A stretch of 63,666 nucleotides of DNA, from contig CAMPCJ010000002.1 of the NCBI GenBank assembly GCA_946645685.1, positions 1 through 63,666 of the forward strand, given 5' to 3'. Source of the stretch: an uncultured Clostridia bacterium (GTDB lineage: Bacteria > Bacillota > Clostridia > Oscillospirales > SIG627). A program made the translations under genes and the position numbers. The notes beneath the pieces were generated by a model, which was given only the letters and a program-made list of their open reading frames with translations, did not search any database and had not been told where the DNA came from. Below, in pieces: positions 52,707 to 61,663 of this stretch. Within the stretch, counting starts at the first letter, position 1. Each line of letters starts with the position of its first letter.

Positions 52707-53628
52707 ACTTAAAACCAAGTTTCCTTAATACGTTGCGAAAATAACAGGGCAGGGGAGCCGAAAAGTTCATTGTCTTTCCGGTCAAAGGATGCTGAAAGCC
52801 CAAGAAACCCGCGTGAAGGATCTGCCCGCCGGATCCGATCTTTTTTCGCCCGCTTGCATACAGGGGATCATCGACGACAGGGCAACCCAATGACTGCATA
52901 TGAACACGGATCTGATGGGTCCTTCCCGTTTCAAGCGTCAACTCAACCAAGGAATACCCGTCGATCTTCTCCAGAGTCTTGTAATAGGTTACCGCGTCCT
53001 TTGTGTGATCTGTCCCCGGAGGATAGGAAGCCATTTTTTTTCGATCTTTCGTACTTCTTCCGATGGCGGAGCGAATGACACCGCAATCCTCCGGCAAAGA
53101 TCCGTAGATCACCGCATAATACTTCCGGGTAAAATCGTGGGTTTTGATCATGGCAGCAAGTCGCGCATGCGCTCGATCGTTTTTTGCAACAACCAATAAT
53201 CCGCTTGTATCCTTATCGATCCGATGAACGATCCCGGGACGCAGTTTACCATTGATACCGGAAAGAGAGGAGCCGCAGTGGAAGAGCAAGGCGTTCACAA
53301 GCGTACCGTCGGGATTGCCGGGAGCGGGATGAACGACCATACCCTGTGCCTTATTTACAACGAGCAGATCATCGTCCTCGTAAACAATATCCAGCGGAAT
53401 ATCTTGAGGTGCCGCGTCGATCATCTGATCGTCGGGAGGAAAGATCTCAACGCGATCATTCTTGTTAACGAGACACTTTTTAGAGCGAACCTCTTTGCCA
53501 TTGAGGAAAACGCATCCGCTATCTATGAGTTCTACTGCGCGGGATCGAGAAAAATTCGTTGCTTTGGCAATGGATTGATCGAGTCTCACGCCGTCGTCAA
53601 CACTTACAAAACGTACTTCTTCCGTCAT
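52696..53628 (-). CDS. rluD: RluA-family 23S rRNA pseudouridine synthase (RluD-like)
   Basis: N-terminal S4 domain and catalytic HRIDKDTSGLLVVAK. Confidence 0.9.
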   Translation of the reverse strand: MTEEVRFVSVDDGVRLDQSIAKATNFSRSRAVELIDSGCVFLNGKEVRSKKCLVNKNDRVEIFPPDDQMIDAAPQDIPLDIVYEDDDLLVVNKAQGMVVHPAPGNPDGTLVNALLFHCGSSLSGINGKLRPGIVHRIDKDTSGLLVVAKNDRAHARLAAMIKTHDFTRKYYAVIYGSLPEDCGVIRSAIGRSTKDRKKMASYPPGTDHTKDAVTYYKTLEKIDGYSLVELTLETGRTHQIRVHMQSLGCPVVDDPLYASGRKKIGSGGQILHAGFLGFQHPLTGKTMNFSAPLPCYFRNVLRKLGFKYES

Positions 53629-54170
53629 AAACGATCTTGCCCTTGCCCGTCAGGCTCAACGGGATCTTCCGTGGTTTGCTCTTTTGCGGAAAGGGAAGCG
53701 TTTTTCTTATTTCGGCCATCCTTGATAAGGTCGATCAATAGATAGATCACAATGGAAAAAGAGCCGACGGTTATAAAGGAATCAGCTACATTAAAAATAG
53801 GAAATTCAAAGAACCCGAATTCGATAAAGTCAACTACGAATCCTCTTGCGATCCGATCGATCATATTGCCGATCCCGCCGGCTGCTATCACAGTCAACCC
53901 ATAGCGGAGAACGGGATGCAGCTGCTTTTTTCGATTTCTGAAAAGAAATATGAGAATGGCAAGGATCGCAACGGAGGATAGCACCATAAAAACCCACGGA
54001 TGATCCTCCAGTATGTTCCAAGCTGCACCGCGATTTTCCGTATAGTGAAAATGAAAGATCGGATCCAGAACAGGCACGATCCCCTGAGAAGGAAGATGGG
54101 TCGAGGCAAGGTGCTTTGTGATCTGATCCAAAAAGACGATGACGGCGATCAAGATAGTGATGATTATCAT
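53625..54170 (-). CDS. lspA: Lipoprotein signal peptidase (signal peptidase II)
   Basis: YTENRGAAWNIL, GNMIDR, FNVADSFITVG. Confidence 0.9.
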   Translation of the reverse strand: MIIITILIAVIVFLDQITKHLASTHLPSQGIVPVLDPIFHFHYTENRGAAWNILEDHPWVFMVLSSVAILAILIFLFRNRKKQLHPVLRYGLTVIAAGGIGNMIDRIARGFVVDFIEFGFFEFPIFNVADSFITVGSFSIVIYLLIDLIKDGRNKKNASLSAKEQTTEDPVEPDGQGQDRL

Positions 54171-54225
54171 AAAAGATACCCGTTACAACAACGAATAGGA
54201 CGCACAAGGCGTCCATATTCATTGC

Positions 54226-54789
54226 TTATTCATTTGAAGATGCGGTAATGACGTCAGGTCCGGAACCTTTTAATACGGTTTCCTCGGCAGACTTCAGATC
54301 AGCCTCGGCGGGTTTTACGACAACACTGTCCCCGTCAAGATCCGGATCAAGATCCATCGCCTGGATCATCCCGACGTGTTCCAAATATTCCCGATAAAGT
54401 TTGCTCTGAAACTCGGAAGCGATCCGTCGCATTTCCTCGATCTTGTTCTTTTCAACAAGCACTTTTGCTCGTGCTTCTTCCACGATCGCATCGCAGCGGG
54501 CTTTCAACTCATTTTCTTTGCCGGCGGCGTCATCCCGTGCTTTCTGAACAATGGACTCACCAAGTTTTTGCGCCTTAATGATAGCGGAACGGATGGTTTC
54601 TTCTTCATGGGAAAGCTCATCGTACTTGGCTTTGATCTCATCGAATTTCTGCTCGGCTTCCGTAAGAGCCTTATAGACTTCCGTATACTTATCGATCAAA
54701 AAATCAAAATACTCATCTACCTCGGCGGCGTTATAACCGCGAACAGCTCTTGAGAAAGTCTTGTTTTTCAATTCATGGGGAGCGATCAT
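54226..54789 (-). CDS. divIVA: DivIVA-domain cell-division protein
   Basis: IAPHELKNKTFSRAVRGYNAAEVDEYFDFL followed by coiled coil. Confidence 0.85.
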   Translation of the reverse strand: MIAPHELKNKTFSRAVRGYNAAEVDEYFDFLIDKYTEVYKALTEAEQKFDEIKAKYDELSHEEETIRSAIIKAQKLGESIVQKARDDAAGKENELKARCDAIVEEARAKVLVEKNKIEEMRRIASEFQSKLYREYLEHVGMIQAMDLDPDLDGDSVVVKPAEADLKSAEETVLKGSGPDVITASSNE

Positions 54790-54802
54790 ATTAAGCCCTT
54801 TC

Positions 54803-55084
54803 TTATAAGCTGACCTTGGGCAAAAGGAACTGCACGATGATCAGAAGAAAATATGTAATTAAAAAGGATAAATCAATTGGAAGAGACGCAATCCTCTCGC
54901 TGCGTTCCAAAAGGGAACGGACGGGAAGAATAACCGGTTCCGTTACGGCGTAAACAAAACGCTCCAATGCGGAATCCTCATCAACGGGGATCCAGGAGAG
55001 GATCGCTCTTATAAGCATTAAGATCTCAAGAGCAGAGAGGAGAAAGGTAACCGCTTTAACAAGAAAGAAAACAACGAAAGTCAA
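54803..55084 (-). CDS. YggT-family membrane protein
   Basis: 93 aa, 2-3 TM segments, IRAILSWIP motif, dcw-distal synteny. Confidence 0.8.
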   Translation of the reverse strand: MTFVVFFLVKAVTFLLSALEILMLIRAILSWIPVDEDSALERFVYAVTEPVILPVRSLLERSERIASLPIDLSFLITYFLLIIVQFLLPKVSL

Positions 55085-55087
55085 GGT

Positions 55088-55537
55088 TTATTTTTCCTCG
55101 AAGCTTGCCTCTTGCTCCGCACGGATCTTTTCGCCGGAAAGCTCCACGTTGCTGGGAGTCACAACGTAGGTGTTGGTCGCGACCTTGCGAAGGTTGCCGT
55201 TAATCGCATAAGCGACGCCGTTAAGAAAGTCGATCAGACGGCGAGCGGTATCCTTATTGGTCTCTTCCAGATTCAAAAGAATGGTCTTACGGTCGACGAG
55301 ATAATCGGCGATCTGCGTAACAGACCCCAGCTTCTCGGGTTTCACAACCACCATTTCGATGGAAGAGCCGCTGGTGACGCTGACGTTGGAACCGCCGCGG
55401 GTCTCAGGAACGGGTTCATCCGCGTAACCGCCATCCGGATAATCGGAAGTAACGTCGGAATCGTACCCGTCGTTGTAACCGGTCGTTTCCTCTTCATTCC
55501 CGAACATCAGTTTGTTGAATGCGTCTTTCAATCCCAT
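55088..55537 (-). CDS. sepF: Cell division protein SepF
   Basis: MGLKDAFNKLMF N-terminal amphipathic helix. The C-terminal domain IADYLVDRKTILLNLE...RLIDFLNGVAYAINGNL. GGAGG sits 8 nt before the ATG at 55537. Confidence 0.88.
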   Translation of the reverse strand: MGLKDAFNKLMFGNEEETTGYNDGYDSDVTSDYPDGGYADEPVPETRGGSNVSVTSGSSIEMVVVKPEKLGSVTQIADYLVDRKTILLNLEETNKDTARRLIDFLNGVAYAINGNLRKVATNTYVVTPSNVELSGEKIRAEQEASFEEK

Positions 55538-55554
55538 GGTATTATCCTCCGAAT

Positions 55555-56298
55555 TCACTTATTGTGATAATTTCTCTGGCCAAAAGCGAGTGTGCCGATA
55601 CGGACTTGCGTCGACCCGCATTGAGTCGCCAATTCAAAATCCGATGACATACCAATTGACAATACAGCCATGTCCTTATTATCCATTTTTTTTGCTGATA
55701 TGTCAATATATAAATCCATAATTTTTTGAAAATATTCAATTTGTACGAGTTCATCCTGTAAAACAGGGGGGATTGCCATCAAGCCGCAAAGTTTGATATG
55801 CGGATACTTGTCCAGAGATTGAAGGAAGGGAAGAGCCTCCTGCGGATCCAAGCCGGATTTGGATTCTTCACCACCGACATTGATCTCACAAAGAACCTTC
55901 ATCACTTTATTGTGCTTTGCAGCCTGTTTTTCGATCTCCTCCGCCAGGGCGATGCGATCCAACGACTCGATCATATCGACTTTATCGATAATGTACTTTA
56001 CTTTGTTCGTCTGCAGAGCGCCGATAAAATGGATCTCAACGTTCTCTTTATCAATGGCGTCGTATTTTTCCAAAAGCTCCTGTACGCGATTTTCCCCGAT
56101 GCGATGAACGCCGCAGCGAATGGCGAAATTGATCTCTTCCGCGGTCCTGGTCTTCGTTGCTAAAAGCAGATGTGTTTTCTGATGATACGGGCTCTTTTTC
56201 TCGGCAGACGCAATTCTTTTCCGAATGTCATAGATCCGTTTCGCGATCTCGCCATAGCTTGGATCGGAAACAAGGTCACTCCAGAATTTTTCCATCAT
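55555..56298 (-). CDS. YggS-family pyridoxal-phosphate homeostasis protein
   Basis: LLLATKTRT (PLP Lys), IGENRVQE, HFIGALQTNK, GMSSDFELA. Confidence 0.88.
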   Translation of the reverse strand: MMEKFWSDLVSDPSYGEIAKRIYDIRKRIASAEKKSPYHQKTHLLLATKTRTAEEINFAIRCGVHRIGENRVQELLEKYDAIDKENVEIHFIGALQTNKVKYIIDKVDMIESLDRIALAEEIEKQAAKHNKVMKVLCEINVGGEESKSGLDPQEALPFLQSLDKYPHIKLCGLMAIPPVLQDELVQIEYFQKIMDLYIDISAKKMDNKDMAVLSIGMSSDFELATQCGSTQVRIGTLAFGQRNYHNK

Positions 56299-57535
56299 AA
56301 AGATCCTTTCCATTTACAATGACCTGCTCGTACCGGGACAGATACTCCGAAGGATCGATCTCACCCTTGCGAACATCCTCGTCGCTGGAGTTGATCTCGC
56401 GGCAAACGTAGTTGGTCTCGGTGTTGTGAAGGATAATCACCTTTTTGAATTTTACGGTATTTCCGTAAATCACATATACGCCGTTGACCTGATCCACGAC
56501 GCGCAGAGCGGCTCTGGGAATGCTGAGCCCGCTCATAGTTTCCTTAATGATGCGGACCGGCTGTTCCCGGCTGAAATCAAAACCCTGGGGAACTTCTTCG
56601 ATTCGGAATTTCAAAACGACCTTGTCCGTATCCGTTTGACGAACGATCTCATCCAGAATTCCGGTAACTTCATCCCCGTACGAATACAAGAAAAACAGCG
56701 AATAAGAGCGACCCTTGATAAAATCATTCGCTTCCTCGGAAGAGACTTCGCAAAGGGTATACCAGTCAAAATCCGTAACGATCTTGCCGATGGCGTTGTC
56801 GGGCAGAGAGGCTGGCTTTTCAGCGATCATATCGTGAAAAGAATCCACCGTGAGCGCATTGACCTTATCAATGGTGAAAATCGATTCATACCCGTCCAAT
56901 AGAGTAGAGAAGTATCCCGGCGATCCGGCGTAAACGGACCCTATGGGATCCTGCAAAGACGCGGTCAGATCGTTCTTCTCCTGCCGGAGGGCGGCAAGAC
57001 GCGCCTGATAATCCGTATCGGAATTCGTGATCAAGCGCCTCTTATTGAAGTTGATCAAAAGCTTATCCTTGTACTGAAAGACCCGGGAAATCTGTCCGTC
57101 CTGAACGGAAGAACGGATTTTGATCAGGTAATCATAGAGCTTTGCGTCAATTTTGGAAACGTCGGAGGTCAGATAACTTGTATCGATGGAAGAGCTCTCC
57201 AGCACGTTGATCTTGTCATCGATCTGACGGATTCGTTCCTGGATCTCCACCCCGCGGGACGACGAATAAACGGTTGCGATGATCTGGCTGGAGCCGACCT
57301 TTTGCCCTTCGGATACGGCATAGGTTATAACGCCGGAATCAGGCGCTTCCAGCACGCTTTCGCTGCGAACCAAATAGCCTGTCTTTTCCAGTGATTCATC
57401 CACGGTAATGGTATTGGCAAGCTGAAAGGAAACGTCCGTAGTCAAGCTATTGATCAACTGAATGATAATATAAGCGATAATAAAGCCGGACAGAATAAAC
57501 ACGAACAATCCGACTAAAATTCGTTTAGCTCTCAT
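56276..57535 (-). CDS. HlyD-family-like membrane-anchored protein (barrel-sandwich/coiled-coil)
   Basis: N-terminal TM segment. GYLVRSESVLEAPDSGVITYAVSEGQKVGSSQIIATVY is a lipoyl-like hybrid motif. No transporter partner is nearby. Confidence 0.5.
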   Translation of the reverse strand: MRAKRILVGLFVFILSGFIIAYIIIQLINSLTTDVSFQLANTITVDESLEKTGYLVRSESVLEAPDSGVITYAVSEGQKVGSSQIIATVYSSSRGVEIQERIRQIDDKINVLESSSIDTSYLTSDVSKIDAKLYDYLIKIRSSVQDGQISRVFQYKDKLLINFNKRRLITNSDTDYQARLAALRQEKNDLTASLQDPIGSVYAGSPGYFSTLLDGYESIFTIDKVNALTVDSFHDMIAEKPASLPDNAIGKIVTDFDWYTLCEVSSEEANDFIKGRSYSLFFLYSYGDEVTGILDEIVRQTDTDKVVLKFRIEEVPQGFDFSREQPVRIIKETMSGLSIPRAALRVVDQVNGVYVIYGNTVKFKKVIILHNTETNYVCREINSSDEDVRKGEIDPSEYLSRYEQVIVNGKDLYDGKILE

Positions 57536-58466
57536 ATTCTTTTAAAAACAAAACGCTCCTTTCTTTTAAGATCGGATATGGATCGACGGGGTCGTCCATA
57601 TACAGCGGCACGGCAAACTGATACCGTTTAAACCAGGTGATCTGGCGTTTGGCGAAATTTCTCGTTTTTTGTTTTAATAAGGCAAGACAATCAGCAAGAG
57701 CCTTTTCACCGGAAAGATAAGGGAGCAATTCCTTGTATCCGATGGCTTGTGAAGCCGTTGTGCCATCCAAAGCGCCTTTATTGAAAAGATCTCTTGTCTC
57801 CTCGATCAAACCTTCCCGTACCATAGAATCGACACGTTTTTCGATCCTGTCATACAAAACGCCGCGATCCCGGAAGCAAAGACAAAAGGGAAGATACTCG
57901 ATCTCGCCCTTGCTGTTGTGAGAAGCCCTCTTAAAGGAGGACAAAGTCTTTCCGGTGGAACGATAAACCGCGAGCGCCCGCACGATCCGCTTGACGTCCT
58001 TGATATGGAGAGATGCGGCGGTTTCCGGATCCGCGCTTTTCAATTCCTCCAGAAGCGCGGCGGTATGGCCTTCTTCCACTTGTTTTTTCAGATCATCCGC
58101 CACAGCGGGGGAGATCTCCACATCCCCGAAATCGGTGTGGAATAGAAGCGCGTCTATGTATAATCCCGTTCCTCCGACTACAACGGGAACGGAACCGCGT
58201 GCCCAGGCGGCACAAATTTCTCTTTCTGCAGCCGCCTGATAATCAAAAACAGAATAACGCGCCCCCGGATCGAGAAAGTCGATCATCTTATGCGCGACAA
58301 GCAAACGTTCCTCTTTGGTAGGTTTGGCGGTACCGATATCCATTCCGCGATAGATCTGCATGGAATCCGCGGATATGATCGTCCCTCCGATGTCCCGGCA
58401 AAGACGGAATGCGAGAGCGCTTTTTCCGGAAGCGGTGGGACCGAAAATGCAGATGCAGGGGATCAT
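57525..58466 (-). CDS. miaA: tRNA dimethylallyltransferase
   Basis: IFGPTASGKSALA, DSMQIYRGMDIGTAKP, VGGTGLY. Confidence 0.92.
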   Translation of the reverse strand: MIPCICIFGPTASGKSALAFRLCRDIGGTIISADSMQIYRGMDIGTAKPTKEERLLVAHKMIDFLDPGARYSVFDYQAAAEREICAAWARGSVPVVVGGTGLYIDALLFHTDFGDVEISPAVADDLKKQVEEGHTAALLEELKSADPETAASLHIKDVKRIVRALAVYRSTGKTLSSFKRASHNSKGEIEYLPFCLCFRDRGVLYDRIEKRVDSMVREGLIEETRDLFNKGALDGTTASQAIGYKELLPYLSGEKALADCLALLKQKTRNFAKRQITWFKRYQFAVPLYMDDPVDPYPILKERSVLFLKEYES

Positions 58467-59506
58467 AGGATCAGCATCGCATCGCCAAACGAGAAGAAGC
58501 GATAAGCGTTCTCCACCGCGTGACGATACGCGTTCATCGTGTTGTTATAACCAAGCAGCGCCGAAACAAGCATGATCAGCGTACTTTCAGGCAAATGAAA
58601 GTTAGTGATCAAACCGTCGATGACCTTAAAAGAATACCCGGGATAAATGAAAATATCCGTGTCGCAGTTGTTCCGGATCAGTTCACCATGCTCATTGAAA
58701 GCGCTTTCAAGCGTACGGCAGGAAGTCGTGCCCACCGCGATGATGCGTCTTCCTTCTTTCTTTGCGGCGGAAACGGCGGCAACCGTCTCATCCGGGACAG
58801 AGAAAAACTCACTGTGCATCGGATGCTTTGTAATATCCTCCTCTTTGACCGGGCGGAACGTTCCAATACCGACGTGAAGAATAACCGACCGGATCTCCAC
58901 ACCCTTGCTTCGTACCTTTTGCAGAAGTTCATCGGTAAAATGCAACCCCGCGGTAGGCGCGGCGGCGGATCCGTCAACCTCCGCGTAAACCGTCTGATAT
59001 CGGGATCGATCCGTCAGTTTTTCCTGAATATAAGGAGGAAGCGGCATCTGACCGATCTCATCCAAAAGCGCCATAAAGGGCCGGGTATGATCATAGTCAA
59101 AACGGATGATGCGGTCACCGTTTTCTTCTATGGATTCAACGGTGGCGTTTAACTTTCCGCCAATTGAAAAAGTCTTTCCCGGCTTTGCTTTTTTACCGGG
59201 ACGGACCATACACCGCCAGGTGTCCAGGGACGCCTGACGAAGCAAAAGGATCTCCAAAGGGGAGCCGGTGTGGATCTCTTCCGCAAAAAGACGCGCCGGA
59301 ATAACTTTTGATTTATTCACGACCAAAAGATCTCCGGGATTAAGAAAAGAGGGCAGATCGAAGAAATGACGATCCGAAAGAGAGCCCTTTTTATCCGCGA
59401 CCAATAAACGGGAAGAATCCCTGGGCGTAACGGGATGCTGCGCGATCAATTCCGAGGGAAGATCGTAGTAGTAGGATGAACGTTTCAACAAATCCAATTC
59501 AGACAT
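58463..59506 (-). CDS. queA: S-adenosylmethionine:tRNA ribosyltransferase-isomerase
   Basis: YYYDLPSELIAQHP, SRLLV, APTAGLHFT, LHVGIGTFRPV, AVGTTSCRTLES. The start at 59506 (MSELD) is preferred over the track start 59557. Confidence 0.92.
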   Translation of the reverse strand: MSELDLLKRSSYYYDLPSELIAQHPVTPRDSSRLLVADKKGSLSDRHFFDLPSFLNPGDLLVVNKSKVIPARLFAEEIHTGSPLEILLLRQASLDTWRCMVRPGKKAKPGKTFSIGGKLNATVESIEENGDRIIRFDYDHTRPFMALLDEIGQMPLPPYIQEKLTDRSRYQTVYAEVDGSAAAPTAGLHFTDELLQKVRSKGVEIRSVILHVGIGTFRPVKEEDITKHPMHSEFFSVPDETVAAVSAAKKEGRRIIAVGTTSCRTLESAFNEHGELIRNNCDTDIFIYPGYSFKVIDGLITNFHLPESTLIMLVSALLGYNNTMNAYRHAVENAYRFFSFGDAMLIL

Positions 59507-59524
59507 AAAAAACCCACATATAAA

Positions 59525-59553
59525 TTGACATTTTAGGCAAAAAATGATATGAT
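59525..59553 (+). promoter_or_regulatory. Sigma-A type promoter (extended -10) for dapA-dapB
   Basis: TTGACA (59525-59530), 17-nt spacer, TGaTATGAT (-10 at 59548-59553). Confidence 0.6.
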
Positions 59554-59589
59554 ACATTGCGTGAGTAATGAGAATTAAAGAGCGCTTTT

Positions 59590-59618
59590 ATTATACATCA
59601 TTCCTCACGACATTTCAA
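59590..59618 (-). promoter_or_regulatory. Sigma-A type promoter for queA-miaA (divergent, overlapping the dapA leader)
   Basis: On the minus strand: TTGAAA (59618-59613), 17-nt spacer, TATAAT (59595-59590). Confidence 0.55.
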
Positions 59619-59644
59619 CTGATTTTTTTCCGGAGGAGCAAAGC

Positions 59645-60529
59645 ATGAAAAAGGTCCTTTTTGAAGGAGCGGCAACCGCACTGATCACCCCTTTCAGGGA
59701 TAACAAAGTTGACTTTGAAGCTCTGGCGCGCTTGATCGACTTTCAGGTGTCCCATGACATTTCTGCACTCGTGATCTGCGGTACCACCGGCGAGTCCGCA
59801 ACCCTTGACGACGACGAACACATCTCCGTGATCGAAAACGCCGTTAAGATGGTAAACGGCCGCGTTCCCGTCATTGCGGGGACAGGAAGCAATAACACCG
59901 CTCACGCCATTATGATGTCCAAGAAGGCTCAGGCGGTCGGCGCCGACGGTCTTCTTCTCGTAACGCCTTATTATAATAAAACCACTCAAATCGGACTCGT
60001 TCGCCACTTCAACGCCATTGCCGATGCGGTCGACCTGCCCGCCATCGTATACAACGTTCCTTCACGAACCGGCGTAAACATTCTCCCGGAAACCTATAAA
60101 CAGCTTTCTCTTCATCCGAATCTCGTTGCCATCAAAGAAGCAAGCGGCGACCTGGAAGCGCTTAAAAGAACCGTCGAGTTGTGCGGTGATGACATGACGG
60201 TGTATTCCGGAAACGATGATCAGATCGTTCCCATCCTAAAACTCGGAGGCAAGGGTGTGATCAGCGTTCTGTCCAACGTATTGCCCGCTGAGACCGACTT
60301 CATTTGCAAAGCCTTTAGGGAAGGGAAGGTCGAGGAAGCCGAAAAACTACAGGAAAAGTATCTGCCGCTGATCAAGGCGCTCTTCTGTGAAGTCAACCCC
60401 ATCCCCGTCAAAGCCGCAATGGCACACCTAGGTTTTTGCACGCCTGAGATCCGGCTGCCTCTGGTCGAGCCGGAAGAAGCGCACATGGAACTGATCCGCG
60501 CCGAATTGAAAAAAGCGGGCGCAAATTAA
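59645..60529 (+). CDS. dapA: 4-hydroxy-tetrahydrodipicolinate synthase
   Basis: TALITPF, CGTTGES, TPYYNK, IKEASGD (Schiff-base Lys). Confidence 0.93.
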   Translation: MKKVLFEGAATALITPFRDNKVDFEALARLIDFQVSHDISALVICGTTGESATLDDDEHISVIENAVKMVNGRVPVIAGTGSNNTAHAIMMSKKAQAVGADGLLLVTPYYNKTTQIGLVRHFNAIADAVDLPAIVYNVPSRTGVNILPETYKQLSLHPNLVAIKEASGDLEALKRTVELCGDDMTVYSGNDDQIVPILKLGGKGVISVLSNVLPAETDFICKAFREGKVEEAEKLQEKYLPLIKALFCEVNPIPVKAAMAHLGFCTPEIRLPLVEPEEAHMELIRAELKKAGAN

Positions 60530-60546
60530 GGGAAGGAAAATAAGAA

Positions 60547-61296
60547 ATGATCAAAATCCTTTTGTCCGGCTGCGGCGGCCGCATGGGCAGAGCCGTACAG
60601 TCATTTTGTAAACAAAGCGATGAATTTGTTGTTGCGGCAGGCGTCGATCCCGCCATGCCGAAAGCTGAATTCCCGGTGTTTGCTTCTTTCGACCTTGTGG
60701 ACGTTGAAGCCGATGTGATCATAGACTTTTCTTTTCACACGGGAATTCCGGATCTGCTCAGATTTGCCATTGACCGTAAAATGCCCGCCGTCATCGCCAC
60801 CACGGGCTTTACGTCGGAAGAATCGGAAGCCATCGGCGCCGCTTCTCAAAAGATCCCGCTGTTCCGCAGCGCCAATATGTCCATCGGGGTCAACCTTCTT
60901 TGCAAGCTTTGCAAGGAGGCAGCCGCTCTACTGCCCGATTTTGATATTGAGATCATTGAAAAACATCACAACCAAAAGGTCGACTCTCCCAGCGGTACCG
61001 CACTGATGATCGCCGATCAAATGCGTTCCGTTTTGCCTCAGGAAATGAAGTACACCTTCGGCAGACAGGGCATCGTCGGCAAAAGGGATCCGAAGGAGAT
61101 CGGGATCCACGCTGTTCGCGGCGGTACCATCGTTGGTGAGCATGAAGTGATGTTTGCCGGTTTTCAGGAAACGTTGACCATCACCCATACGTCACTGTCC
61201 CGTGAGGTTCTGGCGTCCGGCGCGGTGTGCGCCGCCCGCTTCCTTTTGGATCAAAAAGACCCCGGGCTATACGGTATGGACGATATGTTGTCATAA
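60547..61296 (+). CDS. dapB: 4-hydroxy-tetrahydrodipicolinate reductase
   Basis: GCGGRMG, ATTGF, EKHHNQKVDSPSGTA, RGGTIVGEHEVMFAG. Confidence 0.93.
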   Translation: MIKILLSGCGGRMGRAVQSFCKQSDEFVVAAGVDPAMPKAEFPVFASFDLVDVEADVIIDFSFHTGIPDLLRFAIDRKMPAVIATTGFTSEESEAIGAASQKIPLFRSANMSIGVNLLCKLCKEAAALLPDFDIEIIEKHHNQKVDSPSGTALMIADQMRSVLPQEMKYTFGRQGIVGKRDPKEIGIHAVRGGTIVGEHEVMFAGFQETLTITHTSLSREVLASGAVCAARFLLDQKDPGLYGMDDMLS

Positions 61297-61304
61297 AACA
61301 AAAG

Positions 61305-61331
61305 GTGATCAGCCGATCTTCGGCTGATCAC
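61305..61331. terminator. Hairpin between the convergent dapB and TSCPD genes
   Basis: GTGATCAGCCGA-TCT-TCGGCTGATCAC is a 12-bp perfect stem. The T-tracts are poor. Confidence 0.55.
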
Positions 61332-61340
61332 TCATACTAT

Positions 61341-61595
61341 TTACCGTTCCTCCGCAAGGGCTGTTTCTACCGCCCGCGCCAACTGATCGGCGCAGGAGGT
61401 GGGGCGCGCCCCGCAGGTATTTCCCTTCAGAAGGGCAACCAGTTCATCGCCGGGCATTCCGTCCACCAATTTGGAGATCGCCTTCAGATTTCCGTTACAA
61501 CCGCCGTCGAAGGATACGTTTTTGACCTTGCCGTCCTCCAGATCAAAATGGATCTGACGGGAACAGGTCCCTTGCGTCGTATAGTCGTGTCTCAT
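61341..61595 (-). CDS. TSCPD-domain protein (TIGR03905-like)
   Basis: 84 aa. TCSRQIHFDLEDGKVKNVSFDGGCNGN...GNTCGARPTSCADQLA. GAGGTGA sits 4 nt before the ATG at 61595. Confidence 0.7.
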   Translation of the reverse strand: MRHDYTTQGTCSRQIHFDLEDGKVKNVSFDGGCNGNLKAISKLVDGMPGDELVALLKGNTCGARPTSCADQLARAVETALAEER

Positions 61596-61663
61596 TTTGT
61601 CACCTCTTGTCTGTTTCTGTTTCCAGTATAACATTGTCCTAATAAAAATGCAAGGAGAAAGCT

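Noticed and set aside
56276-57535. HlyD-like protein as part of a tripartite efflux or secretion system.
   Set aside because: There is no ABC/RND/MFS transporter or outer component nearby. The gene is embedded between miaA and the yggS-sepF-divIVA cluster, so it is kept as a generic HlyD-like membrane protein.
59507-59644. Possible lysine (L-box) riboswitch upstream of dapA.
   Set aside because: The leader is about 85 nt, which is too short for the roughly 180-nt five-helix L-box, and no conserved L-box elements were seen. Only a single hairpin is present, and it is reported separately.
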